Source: an uncultured Anderseniella sp.
GTDB taxonomy: Bacteria > Pseudomonadota > Alphaproteobacteria > Rhizobiales > Aestuariivirgaceae
Assembly: GCA_938039915.1 (NCBI GenBank)
Contig: CALHUA010000178.1
Span: 1 to 57,639 of the forward strand
Length of the DNA: 57,639 nucleotides
Reading direction: 5' to 3'
The notes beneath the pieces are model-generated. The model worked only from the letters and a program-made list of their open reading frames with translations, was not told the origin of the DNA and searched no databases. Position numbers and translations under genes: made by a program. Each line of letters begins with the position of its first letter. The stretch's first letter is position 1. This document shows positions 1 through 8,725 of this stretch, in pieces.

Positions 1-437
1 CCGGCCACACCGATCTGCTTGATGCCATGCTTGTCGAACAACCCTGTGTCCAGGAGTTCGGTCGAGTCTGAATAGGGCCCAAGCGGCTTTTCCAGCGCGC
101 CGGCAATTGCCAGCACATGATCGACACCGGCCTCGCCGGCTGCCCGTGCGATATAGTCTTCAAACATCGCTGCGCTTTCAATCGAACGGGCTGCAAAATG
201 CGGTGCCGGCTCAAACCCTTCGCTGCGCAGGCGCTTCGCGGTTGCGATGGTGTCGTTGTAATCGGATCCGGGCAGGAAGGTGATGTACACCGTCGTACCG
301 GGCCGCAACATGGTGCGGAAATCCTCTACCTTGGCAGCCGACGCCGGCGTGGTTTCAACGGTGAAACCGGACATCAGGTCGATAATGGCCTGGGCTTCGT
401 GTGAGACGTCAGACTGACTCTTGAGCACCTGGTGCAT
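1..437 (-). CDS. metF: Methylenetetrahydrofolate reductase, 5' part; runs off the left edge
   Basis: Not in the ORF track because it has no stop in the window. Manual translation from ATG at 437 gives MHQVLKSQ...MSGFTVETTPASAAKVEDFRTMLRPGTTVYITFLPGSDYNDTIATAKRLRSEGFEPAPHFAARSI...VDHVLAIAG...LLDTGLFDKHGIKQIGVAG, typical of alphaproteobacterial MetF. Confidence 0.85.
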   Translation of the reverse strand, partial: MHQVLKSQSDVSHEAQAIIDLMSGFTVETTPASAAKVEDFRTMLRPGTTVYITFLPGSDYNDTIATAKRLRSEGFEPAPHFAARSIESAAMFEDYIARAAGEAGVDHVLAIAGALEKPLGPYSDSTELLDTGLFDKHGIKQIGVA

Positions 438-469
438 CGCGTTGTATCCCGGTTTTTCAGATGTTTCGA

Positions 470-1042
470 TTATGCGGGCCAACTGACCATCAGACAGCTG
501 TCGTGAAAATTGTCGTCGCCCTTGTCACAGCCTGCCAGGATCCGGTAGCCGTCCCGCCCGTCGCCCGGAGACCAGTCAGCATCGATCATGATGCGGTTGC
601 CGCGGTCCTCGTCTTCCAGGATACGTCCGCTCAGCAGGTAAATAACCTGTCGGGTCACCGGTACACCGTCATCAGGGCCGAGGCGGGTATTGTGGGTGCG
701 CGGTGTGCGCCATTCATGAACGACCTCCGCGTCTGCAGAATTGCCGTCCAGAACATAGGCACGCTGATTGTACCAGGCCATCGAACGGCCAAGCAGCCGG
801 CAGTCCTTTTGTGGAAGGATGCACATGATCATCTGCCGGTGGTCACCGTTGAACGACAGTTTTTTCAGCAACTCGGCATTCGGCTCAACCGCGTAGGCCC
901 CCACGCCCGATTGATCGCCGGACGAAGCGGCCGCCACAAGAGCGTCTTCGTCGGATTTTGAAATCGGCACCGGAGGAACGTATGTCAGGCCCCGCAAGGG
1001 GCGATGATCAAACTCCGGAATCGGAAATCGTTTCCAGGCCAT
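470..1042 (-). CDS. Hypothetical protein; C-terminus resembles PA-IIL/LecB-type calcium-binding lectin domain
   Basis: Operon-like position between the methyltransferase gene and metF. Likely start MAWKRF. Ends ILAGCDKGDDNFHDSCLMVSWPA. Confidence 0.6.
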   Translation of the reverse strand: MAWKRFPIPEFDHRPLRGLTYVPPVPISKSDEDALVAAASSGDQSGVGAYAVEPNAELLKKLSFNGDHRQMIMCILPQKDCRLLGRSMAWYNQRAYVLDGNSADAEVVHEWRTPRTHNTRLGPDDGVPVTRQVIYLLSGRILEDEDRGNRIMIDADWSPGDGRDGYRILAGCDKGDDNFHDSCLMVSWPA

Positions 1043-1110
1043 GAGATCCCCGCAAAAAATGGGCATTTTGTTAATCGCCGGGAAATCTCGTCACAGTTTC
1101 GGTGAAAGGA

Positions 1111-1794
1111 CTAGACGTGTGGCACATGCCGGGTATTCATCGAGTGAATGCCCGGAGAACTGAGCGTGCAAATCCGTACCGACAGTTGTGAAGAACTTTC
1201 AAATTCCGTCGAGATGGGCAGGTCATAGGTCTTCAGGCAGGTGACGTTTGACCTCGGCCGATACGACCGGCCCGCATCGCAGAACAGGACTGGACTGTGG
1301 GCACTTTGCAGCCGGGCCAGGCTTGCCGTTGCCAGCCTTCCCGTTGCCTGGTCGTACCAGAGATCGCCTGCGCAAATCACGTCGCCGGGATCAGGTACAA
1401 AGCTTCTCAGGTCAGCCCTTGCGGTCTCGACATCCACCTTGTTGAGCCTGGCATTGTGGCGGGCGCAGACCAGGGCATTCGGGTCGTCGTCCACTGCCAG
1501 GACCGATCGCGCACCTGCCATCGCGGCGGCAATGGCAACCAGGCCATTGCCGCACCCCAGATCGACGACCCGCCTTCGTGAAACATGGTGCGGCATGTCC
1601 AGCAGAAAGCGCGCCAGGCCCTGGCCACCGGGCCATGCGACCACCCAGTACGGTGTCGCGACCCCGATGATATCGTGGTGCTGTGCCCTGAAGCTTTCGA
1701 AGGTTTGAGGGTGCGGAATACCGGCAACCGAGACCTCCGGCACCAGCGGCGGCGCGATGCGCACGGTGATGGATTTGAGTTGATCGGGCGTCAT
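1111..1794 (-). CDS. Class I SAM-dependent methyltransferase (METTL20/ETF-beta lysine methyltransferase-like)
   Basis: PYWVVAWPGGQGLARFL, SAM motif VVDLGCGNGLVAIAAA, AVDDDP and AGDLWYD. Confidence 0.85.
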   Translation of the reverse strand: MTPDQLKSITVRIAPPLVPEVSVAGIPHPQTFESFRAQHHDIIGVATPYWVVAWPGGQGLARFLLDMPHHVSRRRVVDLGCGNGLVAIAAAMAGARSVLAVDDDPNALVCARHNARLNKVDVETARADLRSFVPDPGDVICAGDLWYDQATGRLATASLARLQSAHSPVLFCDAGRSYRPRSNVTCLKTYDLPISTEFESSSQLSVRICTLSSPGIHSMNTRHVPHV

Positions 1795-1810
1795 GGTTAC
1801 ACTGTAGTGG

Positions 1811-1845
1811 GTTCACAAAATATATAAACTATATATAATGTGAAC
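1811..1845. promoter_or_regulatory. Palindromic operator in divergent promoter (candidate GntR site)
   Basis: GTTCACA-aa-ATATATA-aac-TATATAT-aa-TGTGAAC dyad. Its core matches the site at 2891-2907. Confidence 0.65.
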
Positions 1846-1871
1846 AACTGATCGAAAACCAGGATGAAAAA

Positions 1872-2156
1872 ATGACCAAGCTTACCCTGCTGTGCTGGCA
1901 AGAAATACCTTCTGTGGTTGAGGCACGCGACGGGCCGAAGAAGCATAAGATCGAGCTGAGCCTGCGGTTCCAGGAGTTGATTGACCTGGTCGCGATGCGG
2001 CGCAAGCTGGATGGATCCGATGACTATCTTCTGCATTGGCAAAAGGAAAAACAACCCGATTCAGACGACGCGCCCGAGCAGGCCGCCGCAAATCTGGCAG
2101 CTGAAATCGAAGCAAAATACGAAGACATCAAGGCCGCGGCCATCGCCAACAGTTGA
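1872..2156 (+). CDS. 'Virulence factor' (Virulence_fact/CvfA-like) small protein, usually found beside alphaproteobacterial methyl-folate/corrinoid genes
   Basis: WQEIPSVVEAR...KIELSLRFQELIDLVAMRRKLDGSDDYLLHW signature. AGGA RBS upstream. Confidence 0.75.
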   Translation: MTKLTLLCWQEIPSVVEARDGPKKHKIELSLRFQELIDLVAMRRKLDGSDDYLLHWQKEKQPDSDDAPEQAAANLAAEIEAKYEDIKAAAIANS

Positions 2157-2184
2157 TGCTCGTTCCAGCAGGTGAATTCGTTAC

Positions 2185-2850
2185 ATGATCCAAAATGACA
2201 TTGTAAGTTCCTGGGCGTGCCCGCCACCGCCGATTGCAGCGTCGCGCGTCCTGCGGGTCCATAAATACCGCGATCTGTCAAAAATTCGGCCCGTCATAGC
2301 CAATGCCGCGGAAGACGCCTGCAAGACCGCCCTTCAACTCGCTTCTCCAGATGCAAGATATGTCGTTCTACCCATAAAATCGCTGAAAACTGGCCGAATG
2401 TCTGTCTCCGGGGGTATTGAGTTTCAGTGCGGAGCGTTTGAAAAGCACCTGTCAGAGTGTGAGTATCTGGTGGCTTTTATCATGACCATAGGCCCTGATC
2501 TGGATAACAGGGTCGTCAGCCTGGTGGACGAAGTCTTCGAGCCTCTTGATGCGCTGTTCCTGGAAACGGCCGGCTGGCTCACCATAGAAAGCGCGACCCG
2601 GCAGTTCTCCCGGCACCTCAAGGAGGAGTTTGCCGGGCAAGGATGGGACGTGTCGTTGCGGATGGGACCGGGATACGAATATCCCAGCCCTGACGGAGAA
2701 GGTCGCGTGAGCTGGGACCTGTGGCAGCAAAAACAGTTGTTTGAGATGTTCGGTGACGCGGAACTCCCGGTTTCATTGTCACAGATGTGCGCCATGTCAC
2801 CGAAGATGTCGCGCTCCGGTGTGTTCGGGCTGACGCGGAAAACACACTGA
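2185..2850 (+). CDS. Stand-alone methionine synthase activation-domain-like protein
   Basis: AFIMTIGPDLD, RMGPGY, WDLWQQKQLF and C-terminal MSPKMSRSGVFG match the MetH reactivation domain pattern. Confidence 0.75.
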   Translation: MIQNDIVSSWACPPPPIAASRVLRVHKYRDLSKIRPVIANAAEDACKTALQLASPDARYVVLPIKSLKTGRMSVSGGIEFQCGAFEKHLSECEYLVAFIMTIGPDLDNRVVSLVDEVFEPLDALFLETAGWLTIESATRQFSRHLKEEFAGQGWDVSLRMGPGYEYPSPDGEGRVSWDLWQQKQLFEMFGDAELPVSLSQMCAMSPKMSRSGVFGLTRKTH

Positions 2851-2889
2851 TGTGAATTAGGTATTGAATTGCTGTCTTCGTGTGCTAAG

Positions 2890-2908
2890 AATATATAGTT
2901 GATATATT
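2890..2908. promoter_or_regulatory. Second copy of the operator, upstream of the methyltransferase operon
   Basis: AATATAT-agttg-ATATATT inverted repeat. 2891-2907 (ATATATAGTTGATATAT) matches the reverse complement of 1820-1836 at 16/17 positions. Confidence 0.65.
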
Positions 2909-2931
2909 ATGCAAGCAAGAGGACCAGCACC

Positions 2932-4101
2932 ATGAAGGAACTTTCACCAAGGGAACGCTTTGCCCGCGCGGTTCGGCGAGAGCCGGTTGACCGGGTTCCT
3001 GTCCTGTACAGAATGAAGGCGGAAGCCAAGGCCAAGCTGGCACGCATCTACGGAATTGAAGATGCCGGCACCGGGCGCAAGCACAATCCCGAACTGGAGT
3101 TGCGGCTCGGCAATGATGCAATCATCTATCAGATCGGCATCAACGCGGATTTCTCCCACCGTCATATCGATATCGGCGAAACCTGGCACAATCACTTTGG
3201 CGTTGGTTACGGCAAGTCCGGCCTGGAGGGCCGTACCGCCGAAGAAGAACTGGCATTCGCCAAGACCCAGGATTTCTGGGGTCCGGCAAAAATCGTCCCG
3301 GAAAATTTTCCGAACTTTCACCCGATCAAGTCCGAAGAAGATCTTGCCAACTATACCTGGCCGGACCCGGCCGACCCGGTCATGCTGGCCCCGATCAAGG
3401 AGCTGTGTGAAAAATACCAGGACGACTATTACATCATCGTCGACCTTTCATCGACACTGATCGAGGCCGCCTATGCCCATATCGTCGGCACGCAAAACTT
3501 CTTCCTGATGACTTTTGACAAGCCGGACCTGATCAAGAAGGTTCTCGATGGGCTGACGGAATACTACACCGAGCTTGGCAAGAACGCGATTGCCATGGGG
3601 GTCGACATGATCCGCGTGGGTGATGATGTCGGCGCCCAGCAGGCAATGATGATTTCGCCGGACCAGTGGCGTGAACTGGCCAAGCCCAGGTTTGACTACA
3701 TGTTCAAGGAGTTCCGCAAGGCCAACAAGGACCTCTACATCAAGCTGCATTCGTGCGGTGACTACTCGCCCATCATCCCGGATATGGTCGAGCTGGGCGT
3801 GGACCTGTCAGGCCTGATGCAGCCCACCGGCGGCAACAAGGACCAGGTCGGCATCAAGCGCAAATATGGTGACGACCTTGCGCTGATCGGCGGGTTCGAT
3901 GTGCAGAACCTGTTGCCGCGCGGCCAGGTTGAAGCGGTGCGCAACGGGGTTCTTGAAACCATGAAGAACCTGGCCACCGGCGGCGGATATATCTTCTCGC
4001 CATCACACTACATTCTCGCGGATGTTCCGATCCAGAACATCTACACACTGATCGAGGCCCAGCGAGAATTCGGGACCTACGGCAAATATCCGTTGAATTG
4101 A
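2932..4101 (+). CDS. UroD/MtaA-family corrinoid-dependent methyltransferase 1
   Basis: SPRERF...EPVDRVPV N-terminus, GDDVGAQ, metal motif KLHSCG, GGFDVQ and GGGYIFSPSH. Lies directly upstream of a B12-binding protein. Confidence 0.85.
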   Translation: MKELSPRERFARAVRREPVDRVPVLYRMKAEAKAKLARIYGIEDAGTGRKHNPELELRLGNDAIIYQIGINADFSHRHIDIGETWHNHFGVGYGKSGLEGRTAEEELAFAKTQDFWGPAKIVPENFPNFHPIKSEEDLANYTWPDPADPVMLAPIKELCEKYQDDYYIIVDLSSTLIEAAYAHIVGTQNFFLMTFDKPDLIKKVLDGLTEYYTELGKNAIAMGVDMIRVGDDVGAQQAMMISPDQWRELAKPRFDYMFKEFRKANKDLYIKLHSCGDYSPIIPDMVELGVDLSGLMQPTGGNKDQVGIKRKYGDDLALIGGFDVQNLLPRGQVEAVRNGVLETMKNLATGGGYIFSPSHYILADVPIQNIYTLIEAQREFGTYGKYPLN

Positions 4102-4111
4102 GGAGATAGTT

Positions 4112-4819
4112 ATGAGCGAACCTGTGCTCGAGATACCGGAAGGTTGGGAAGAGCGGGCCGTCGACGGCTGGGAATGGGCTACCTTGTGGGAAGCCGTTGA
4201 AGAAGGCGATCATGGCTATTCCCATGATCGTGTACAGCAAGCGATCGATGCGGGAATCGACCCGCGTGTCATACTGGACGATGGCCTGTTTCCCGGGTTT
4301 AACCTGCAGGGAGACCGGTTTTCCGAGCAGATCATTTTCATTCCGGAAATGCTGATCACGGCGCGCGCGATGAAAGCCGGACTGGCGCTGATCAGGCCCT
4401 TGCTGGCAGCCAATGATGAAAAGCCGCTCGGCACATTCATCATGGGTACCGTTTTGGGCGACATGCACGATATCGGCCAGTCAATCGTGACCATCATGCT
4501 GGAAAACGCAGGTTTCAACGTGATCAACCTGGGGACCGACGTGCATCCCGACAAGTTCATCGAAACAGCCGCTGAGGAAAAGGCCGACATGATCGGTTTC
4601 TCGGCGCTGTTGTCGACCACCGTCTATTATCAGAAAGTCACCATCGACGAGTTTGAAAAGGCCGGGCATCGTGACAAGGTGCACATCCTGATCGGTGGTG
4701 CGCCAACCACCCAGGAATGGGCCGACGAGTGCGGCGCCGACGGCTGGGGTCGTGATGCGATGGAAGCGGTCAAGCTGGCCCGACGACTGATCACCGACCA
4801 GCGGGGAGCTTGGGCATAG
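4112..4819 (+). CDS. Corrinoid (B12-binding) methyl-carrier protein 1
   Basis: Cap domain FIPEML..ARAM, DxHxxG motif GTVLGDMHDIG, SALLSTT and IGGAP. GAGGAG RBS. Confidence 0.92.
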   Translation: MSEPVLEIPEGWEERAVDGWEWATLWEAVEEGDHGYSHDRVQQAIDAGIDPRVILDDGLFPGFNLQGDRFSEQIIFIPEMLITARAMKAGLALIRPLLAANDEKPLGTFIMGTVLGDMHDIGQSIVTIMLENAGFNVINLGTDVHPDKFIETAAEEKADMIGFSALLSTTVYYQKVTIDEFEKAGHRDKVHILIGGAPTTQEWADECGADGWGRDAMEAVKLARRLITDQRGAWA

Positions 4820-4828
4820 GTCCATTAC

Positions 4829-6724
4829 ATGTCTGATACAGTTCAACTCCGGATAAGGGACGATGATGGGCAGGAACAGTCCATCACGGCCACCCGTGGC
4901 GAAACCCTGCTGGACGCCGCGCACCGGTCCGGGGTTGAGATCACCGCGACGTGCGGGATGCGGGGGCGCTGCCGGAGCTGCCGCTGCAAGATTATCGACG
5001 GAACCATGCCGCCGCCGACGGTGGCCGATACCGTCCAGCTGGGACATGAAGAAATCCGCGAACGGTTCCGGCTGGCCTGCCAGACCCGCATTGTTGCCGA
5101 CACGGTGATCAAGCCGATGCCGCCCAAGTCGGAATCCGGCCATCAGCTGCTGGGCGGCCATGTCGAGACCACGTCGCTTGACCTGGTCTCAGGCGTCGAA
5201 AAGATCGCCATAACGGCGAAAGCACCCGTTTCAGAACACCACCAGACCAGTGACATCGAAGAAGTGTTCATGGCGATTGGCGAGCCCCTGAAATCGCGGC
5301 TGGTGCCCGGTTCATTGCTGCAGGACCTGCCGGCAAAACTGCGCGAACAAAAAGGCGCGCTGACCGTCACCCTGTTTCGCGGCAAGATTGTCGATATCGA
5401 AGTCGGAGACACCACTGAGAAATCCTATGGGATGGCCATAGATATCGGGACCACATCCATCGTGGGATCGCTGCTGGATCTTGAGACCGGTGAAGAGCTT
5501 GCTGCCGTCGGCATGCTGAACCCGCAGGCACCGTTCGGGGCCGACCTGATGTCGCGGATCGCCTACGCACAGTTCAAGCCGAAAAACCTGGCGCAACTGC
5601 GCGGCAAGGTGTTGAGCGGTCTGAACGACCTGGTCAGGCAAGCTGCTGAAAAGGCGGATGTGTCTGCGGCGCATGTCTACAAGATCGTGATCGTCGGCAA
5701 TACCTGCATGCATCATATCCTGCTGGGGATCGATGTCAGCTACCTTGGCCTTGCGCCCTATGCACCGGCAGTGCGCGACGCCCAGACCATTGCCGCTGCC
5801 GACCTGCCGTTGAAATCCGCACCACACGCCCATATCTGCACCTTGCCGATCCTGGCGGGATTTGTCGGAGCCGATGCGCTGGCGTGCGTCTTATCCACCC
5901 GTATCTACGACAGTGACACTGTGCGCGGGCTGGTCGATATCGGCACCAATGGCGAAATGGTCCTGGGGTCGAAAGACAAGCTGATTGCCTGTTCCGCACC
6001 TGCGGGACCTGCCTTTGAAGGAGCGCAGATCCGCCATGGCATGCGCGGTGCGGTTGGCGCCATCGAGCGGGTCACCATTTCGGACGATGTCGCCTGCCAG
6101 ACCATTGGCGGCGACGCAGCCGTAGGCATATGCGGTTCCGGCCTGATCGAGGCCTGCGCGCGCATGTCGGATGCACGCGTTCTGAACCGGATGGGATCTA
6201 TAAAGTCCACCGATGACCTGCCCGAGGCCATCGCAGCCAGGATCCGCAAAAGCGACCACGGCCAGGAATTCGTACTGGTCTGGCAAACCGAGGGTGGAAA
6301 AGAAGAGGATATTTCGCTCACGCAAGGCGATGTGCGCCAGTTGCAACTGGCCAAGGCGGCGATTTTTTCCGGCGTCATGATGCTGATGAAAGCCATGGAT
6401 GTGAGCGCGGAAGAGGTTGATGAGTTGCTGCTGTGCGGCGGGTTCGGCAACTATGTCGATATTGAAAGCGCGGTCAGAATTCGCCTGTTGCCGGAAATGG
6501 ACCCGGAAAAAATCACCTATGCGGGCAATGCCGCATTGATGGGCGCACAGATGGCTACACTGTCGGAAGCCGAGATTGAACGCGCCGAGACCCTGGTGGG
6601 AACAATCGAACACGTGGCACTGGCCGCACGCACTGACTTTCAGGAACTGTTCATCGATGGCATGAATTTCGGTGAACCGGGCCTGCAGATTTTGTCGCAG
6701 CAAGATGAGGCAATTGCAGTATGA
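4829..6724 (+). CDS. Reductive activator of corrinoid proteins (RACo/ASKHA, DUF4445) with N-terminal 2Fe-2S domain, copy 1
   Basis: CGMRGRCRSC...RLACQ ferredoxin, DIGTT, GADLMSRI, DIGTNGE, APAGPAFEG, GICGSG, GGFG and GNAA. Confidence 0.92.
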   Translation: MSDTVQLRIRDDDGQEQSITATRGETLLDAAHRSGVEITATCGMRGRCRSCRCKIIDGTMPPPTVADTVQLGHEEIRERFRLACQTRIVADTVIKPMPPKSESGHQLLGGHVETTSLDLVSGVEKIAITAKAPVSEHHQTSDIEEVFMAIGEPLKSRLVPGSLLQDLPAKLREQKGALTVTLFRGKIVDIEVGDTTEKSYGMAIDIGTTSIVGSLLDLETGEELAAVGMLNPQAPFGADLMSRIAYAQFKPKNLAQLRGKVLSGLNDLVRQAAEKADVSAAHVYKIVIVGNTCMHHILLGIDVSYLGLAPYAPAVRDAQTIAAADLPLKSAPHAHICTLPILAGFVGADALACVLSTRIYDSDTVRGLVDIGTNGEMVLGSKDKLIACSAPAGPAFEGAQIRHGMRGAVGAIERVTISDDVACQTIGGDAAVGICGSGLIEACARMSDARVLNRMGSIKSTDDLPEAIAARIRKSDHGQEFVLVWQTEGGKEEDISLTQGDVRQLQLAKAAIFSGVMMLMKAMDVSAEEVDELLLCGGFGNYVDIESAVRIRLLPEMDPEKITYAGNAALMGAQMATLSEAEIERAETLVGTIEHVALAARTDFQELFIDGMNFGEPGLQILSQQDEAIAV

Positions 6725-7719
6725 AGAAAACACGGGTGGATATGCTGTTTGGTTTTCTTGGATCGGGCAAGACGACACTGGCAGCGCGAATTTTGAACGA
6801 GTATGGCGCCAAGCGGCGCCTTGCGCTGATTGTCAACGAGTTCGGGGACGTCGGCGTCGACGGCGAGATACTCACAGGCAACAGCATTGATGTGGTGCAA
6901 CTGTCCACAGGATGCCTGTGCTGCACACTGAAAGGTTCACTTGAGGCGGCCGTTCTGGAACTGGGCGCAAAGTCCGAGGTGGACCATATCATCATCGAAG
7001 CAACCGGCGTGGCTGAACCTGAACAGGTCATGTCGTCATTTGCCGCCGAAGAATTCACCGACCGGTTTGAAGTCGGGCCGATGGTGACCGTCGTCGACGC
7101 ACCGAAGTTCTTGAAAATCCGCACGATGCTCGGCCCGTTTTACGAGGCACAGGTGGAAAAATCCGACTACGTCATCCTCAACAAGCTCGATATGGGTGAT
7201 GTTGACCTGTTCAAGCAGGTGCAGGCCGAGGTTGAGCAGATCAACCCGGATGCCGTCATCCGGTTTGCCGAGCGCTGTGATGTTGATTTGAACGAAGTCC
7301 TGGACGGTCCGACCAGCATGGCGCTGCAAAACTGGGAGGCGCATGACCAGGAGCAAGAACACAGCCACGATCATGATCATGATCATGATCACGATCACAG
7401 CCATGACGGCGATCACGACCATCATCATGCACTGCATGCACCGGCTGATTCCTTTGTGCTGGATGTACCTGATGATGTCGATCGCGACGCGTTGATCGAG
7501 CTTTATGCAAAGGCGCCGGAAAGCCTGTGGCGGTCAAAGGGGTTCGTGAGGATAAAAGGCAAGGACCATCTTGTTCAGGTCGCCATGGGCAGCGTAGAAA
7601 TAACGCCGACCGACCCGCGCGACCGGCACTATCTGGTTTTCATCGGGGACGGTATTGAACCCGATTTCTTCACCGCTTTGCTGGAGAATTCAAACCTCGC
7701 AGAGGCACCGGCATCATGA
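6721..7719 (+). CDS. CobW/COG0523-family GTPase metallochaperone with His/Asp-rich insert
   Basis: GFLGSGKTT, VNEFG, GCLCC, EATGVAEP, NKLD, HSHDHDHDHDHDHSHDGDHDHHH and C-terminal LWRSKGF. Confidence 0.92.
   Translation: MKKTRVDMLFGFLGSGKTTLAARILNEYGAKRRLALIVNEFGDVGVDGEILTGNSIDVVQLSTGCLCCTLKGSLEAAVLELGAKSEVDHIIIEATGVAEPEQVMSSFAAEEFTDRFEVGPMVTVVDAPKFLKIRTMLGPFYEAQVEKSDYVILNKLDMGDVDLFKQVQAEVEQINPDAVIRFAERCDVDLNEVLDGPTSMALQNWEAHDQEQEHSHDHDHDHDHDHSHDGDHDHHHALHAPADSFVLDVPDDVDRDALIELYAKAPESLWRSKGFVRIKGKDHLVQVAMGSVEITPTDPRDRHYLVFIGDGIEPDFFTALLENSNLAEAPAS
7366..7398 (+). repeat. Coding hexamer repeat (GATCAY)n encoding the His-Asp tract
   Basis: cac gatcat gatcat gatcat gatcac gatcac inside the CobW gene. 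Confidence 0.8.
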
Positions 7720-8387
7720 TCTCAACGGCTACAAAGGACAGTCCCGCCCGGTCGCAGGCAGAACGTGCCTACTGGTTGCTGGCGGAACGGATCATTCGAC
7801 TGGAACTGCCGCCAGGCGCCGTTCTGCTGGATCGTGACATCACGGCGGAAACCGGTATCGGGCGAACCCCCATACGCGAAGCAATGCAGCGCCTGGCCAC
7901 GGAAGGATTGACGGTTCACTACCCGCATCGCGGTGTTGTGGTATCTGAAATCAGCGCGGCCAGCACGCGCAGCATTTATGAGTTCAGGGCGCTGATCGAC
8001 GGCGAAGCAGCCCGCCTGGCAAGCCTCAGGCGCTCTGACGAGGAATCTGCCGCGTTGACAGCTATCGCGAGAGAGCTGGAGCAACTGGCCGGTGGCCAGG
8101 ATGTCGACAAATATGTCAGCGTCGACCGGTCTTTCTACGATGCCCTCGGCACGGCCTCGAAGAACCAGTATATCCAGGAGACAATACCGCGGATATTCAA
8201 TCTGCACCTGCGGCTGTGGTTCTATATTTCACAGACCCGCGGTGACTGGAGTGCGCTGGCCAAGGCCCATTCGGACATGGCCATCGAGGCTGCCGATGCC
8301 ATTCGCTGCAAGGATTCAGATGCGGCAAACCTGGCCGTGCGATCGTACATCGCACAACGGCAGAAAGACATGCGTAACCTGATCTGA
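7716..8387 (+). CDS. GntR-family transcriptional regulator (FCD domain)
   Basis: wHTH AYWLLAERIIRLELPPG...GIGRTPIREAMQRLATEGL, then IYEFRALIDG...ASKNQY. ATGA overlap with the CobW gene. Confidence 0.92.
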   Translation: MISTATKDSPARSQAERAYWLLAERIIRLELPPGAVLLDRDITAETGIGRTPIREAMQRLATEGLTVHYPHRGVVVSEISAASTRSIYEFRALIDGEAARLASLRRSDEESAALTAIARELEQLAGGQDVDKYVSVDRSFYDALGTASKNQYIQETIPRIFNLHLRLWFYISQTRGDWSALAKAHSDMAIEAADAIRCKDSDAANLAVRSYIAQRQKDMRNLI

Positions 8388-8411
8388 AAAATCTGCTCGT
8401 AGGAGGAAACA

Positions 8412-8654
8412 ATGAGCCGCGACCTGACCAAGGAAGAGCAACAAAATTTTGCAGAGATGTATGGCACCGGCACAAGATGTGTGTCTTGCGGCAACGAAGA
8501 CGTGACCGTGAAGATCTGGGAAAAATACGGAACCAATGCAGCTGAAATCGGTGGGGATATCACCTCGAGCGGAATTATCGGCGCAATGGTGACCTGTGAT
8601 GCCTGCGAGCACGCGGAAACAGTAGCGCGCGCACGACTGCTGGAAGCCAGCTGA
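8412..8654 (+). CDS. Small protein with two CxxC motifs (zinc-ribbon/rubredoxin-like)
   Basis: Strong AGGAGG RBS at 8401-8406. CVSC and CDAC motifs. Followed by a hairpin. Confidence 0.75.
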   Translation: MSRDLTKEEQQNFAEMYGTGTRCVSCGNEDVTVKIWEKYGTNAAEIGGDITSSGIIGAMVTCDACEHAETVARARLLEAS

Positions 8655-8672
8655 TTTAATTTCTTTGATATA

Positions 8673-8703
8673 ACCTGCGGCGACTGATCCAGCCGCCGCA
8701 GGT
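8673..8703. terminator. Hairpin between convergent genes (probable terminator)
   Basis: ACCTGCGGCG-a-CTG-atc-CAG-c-CGCCGCAGGT inverted repeat. Confidence 0.6.
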
Positions 8704-8725
8704 CCGATGAGTGTCGTGACCGCTG

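Noticed and set aside
1111-1794. ArsM arsenite methyltransferase
   Set aside because: The motifs fit the METTL20-like family, and the ArsM GCGNP and ISNCV signatures are absent.
2932-4101. True uroporphyrinogen decarboxylase (hemE); same for 21132-22517
   Set aside because: It lacks the MRQAGR motif, has an HxC metal site and pairs with a corrinoid protein.
7366-7398. Phase-variable repeat
   Set aside because: It is an in-frame hexamer encoding the His-rich tract normal for CobW proteins.
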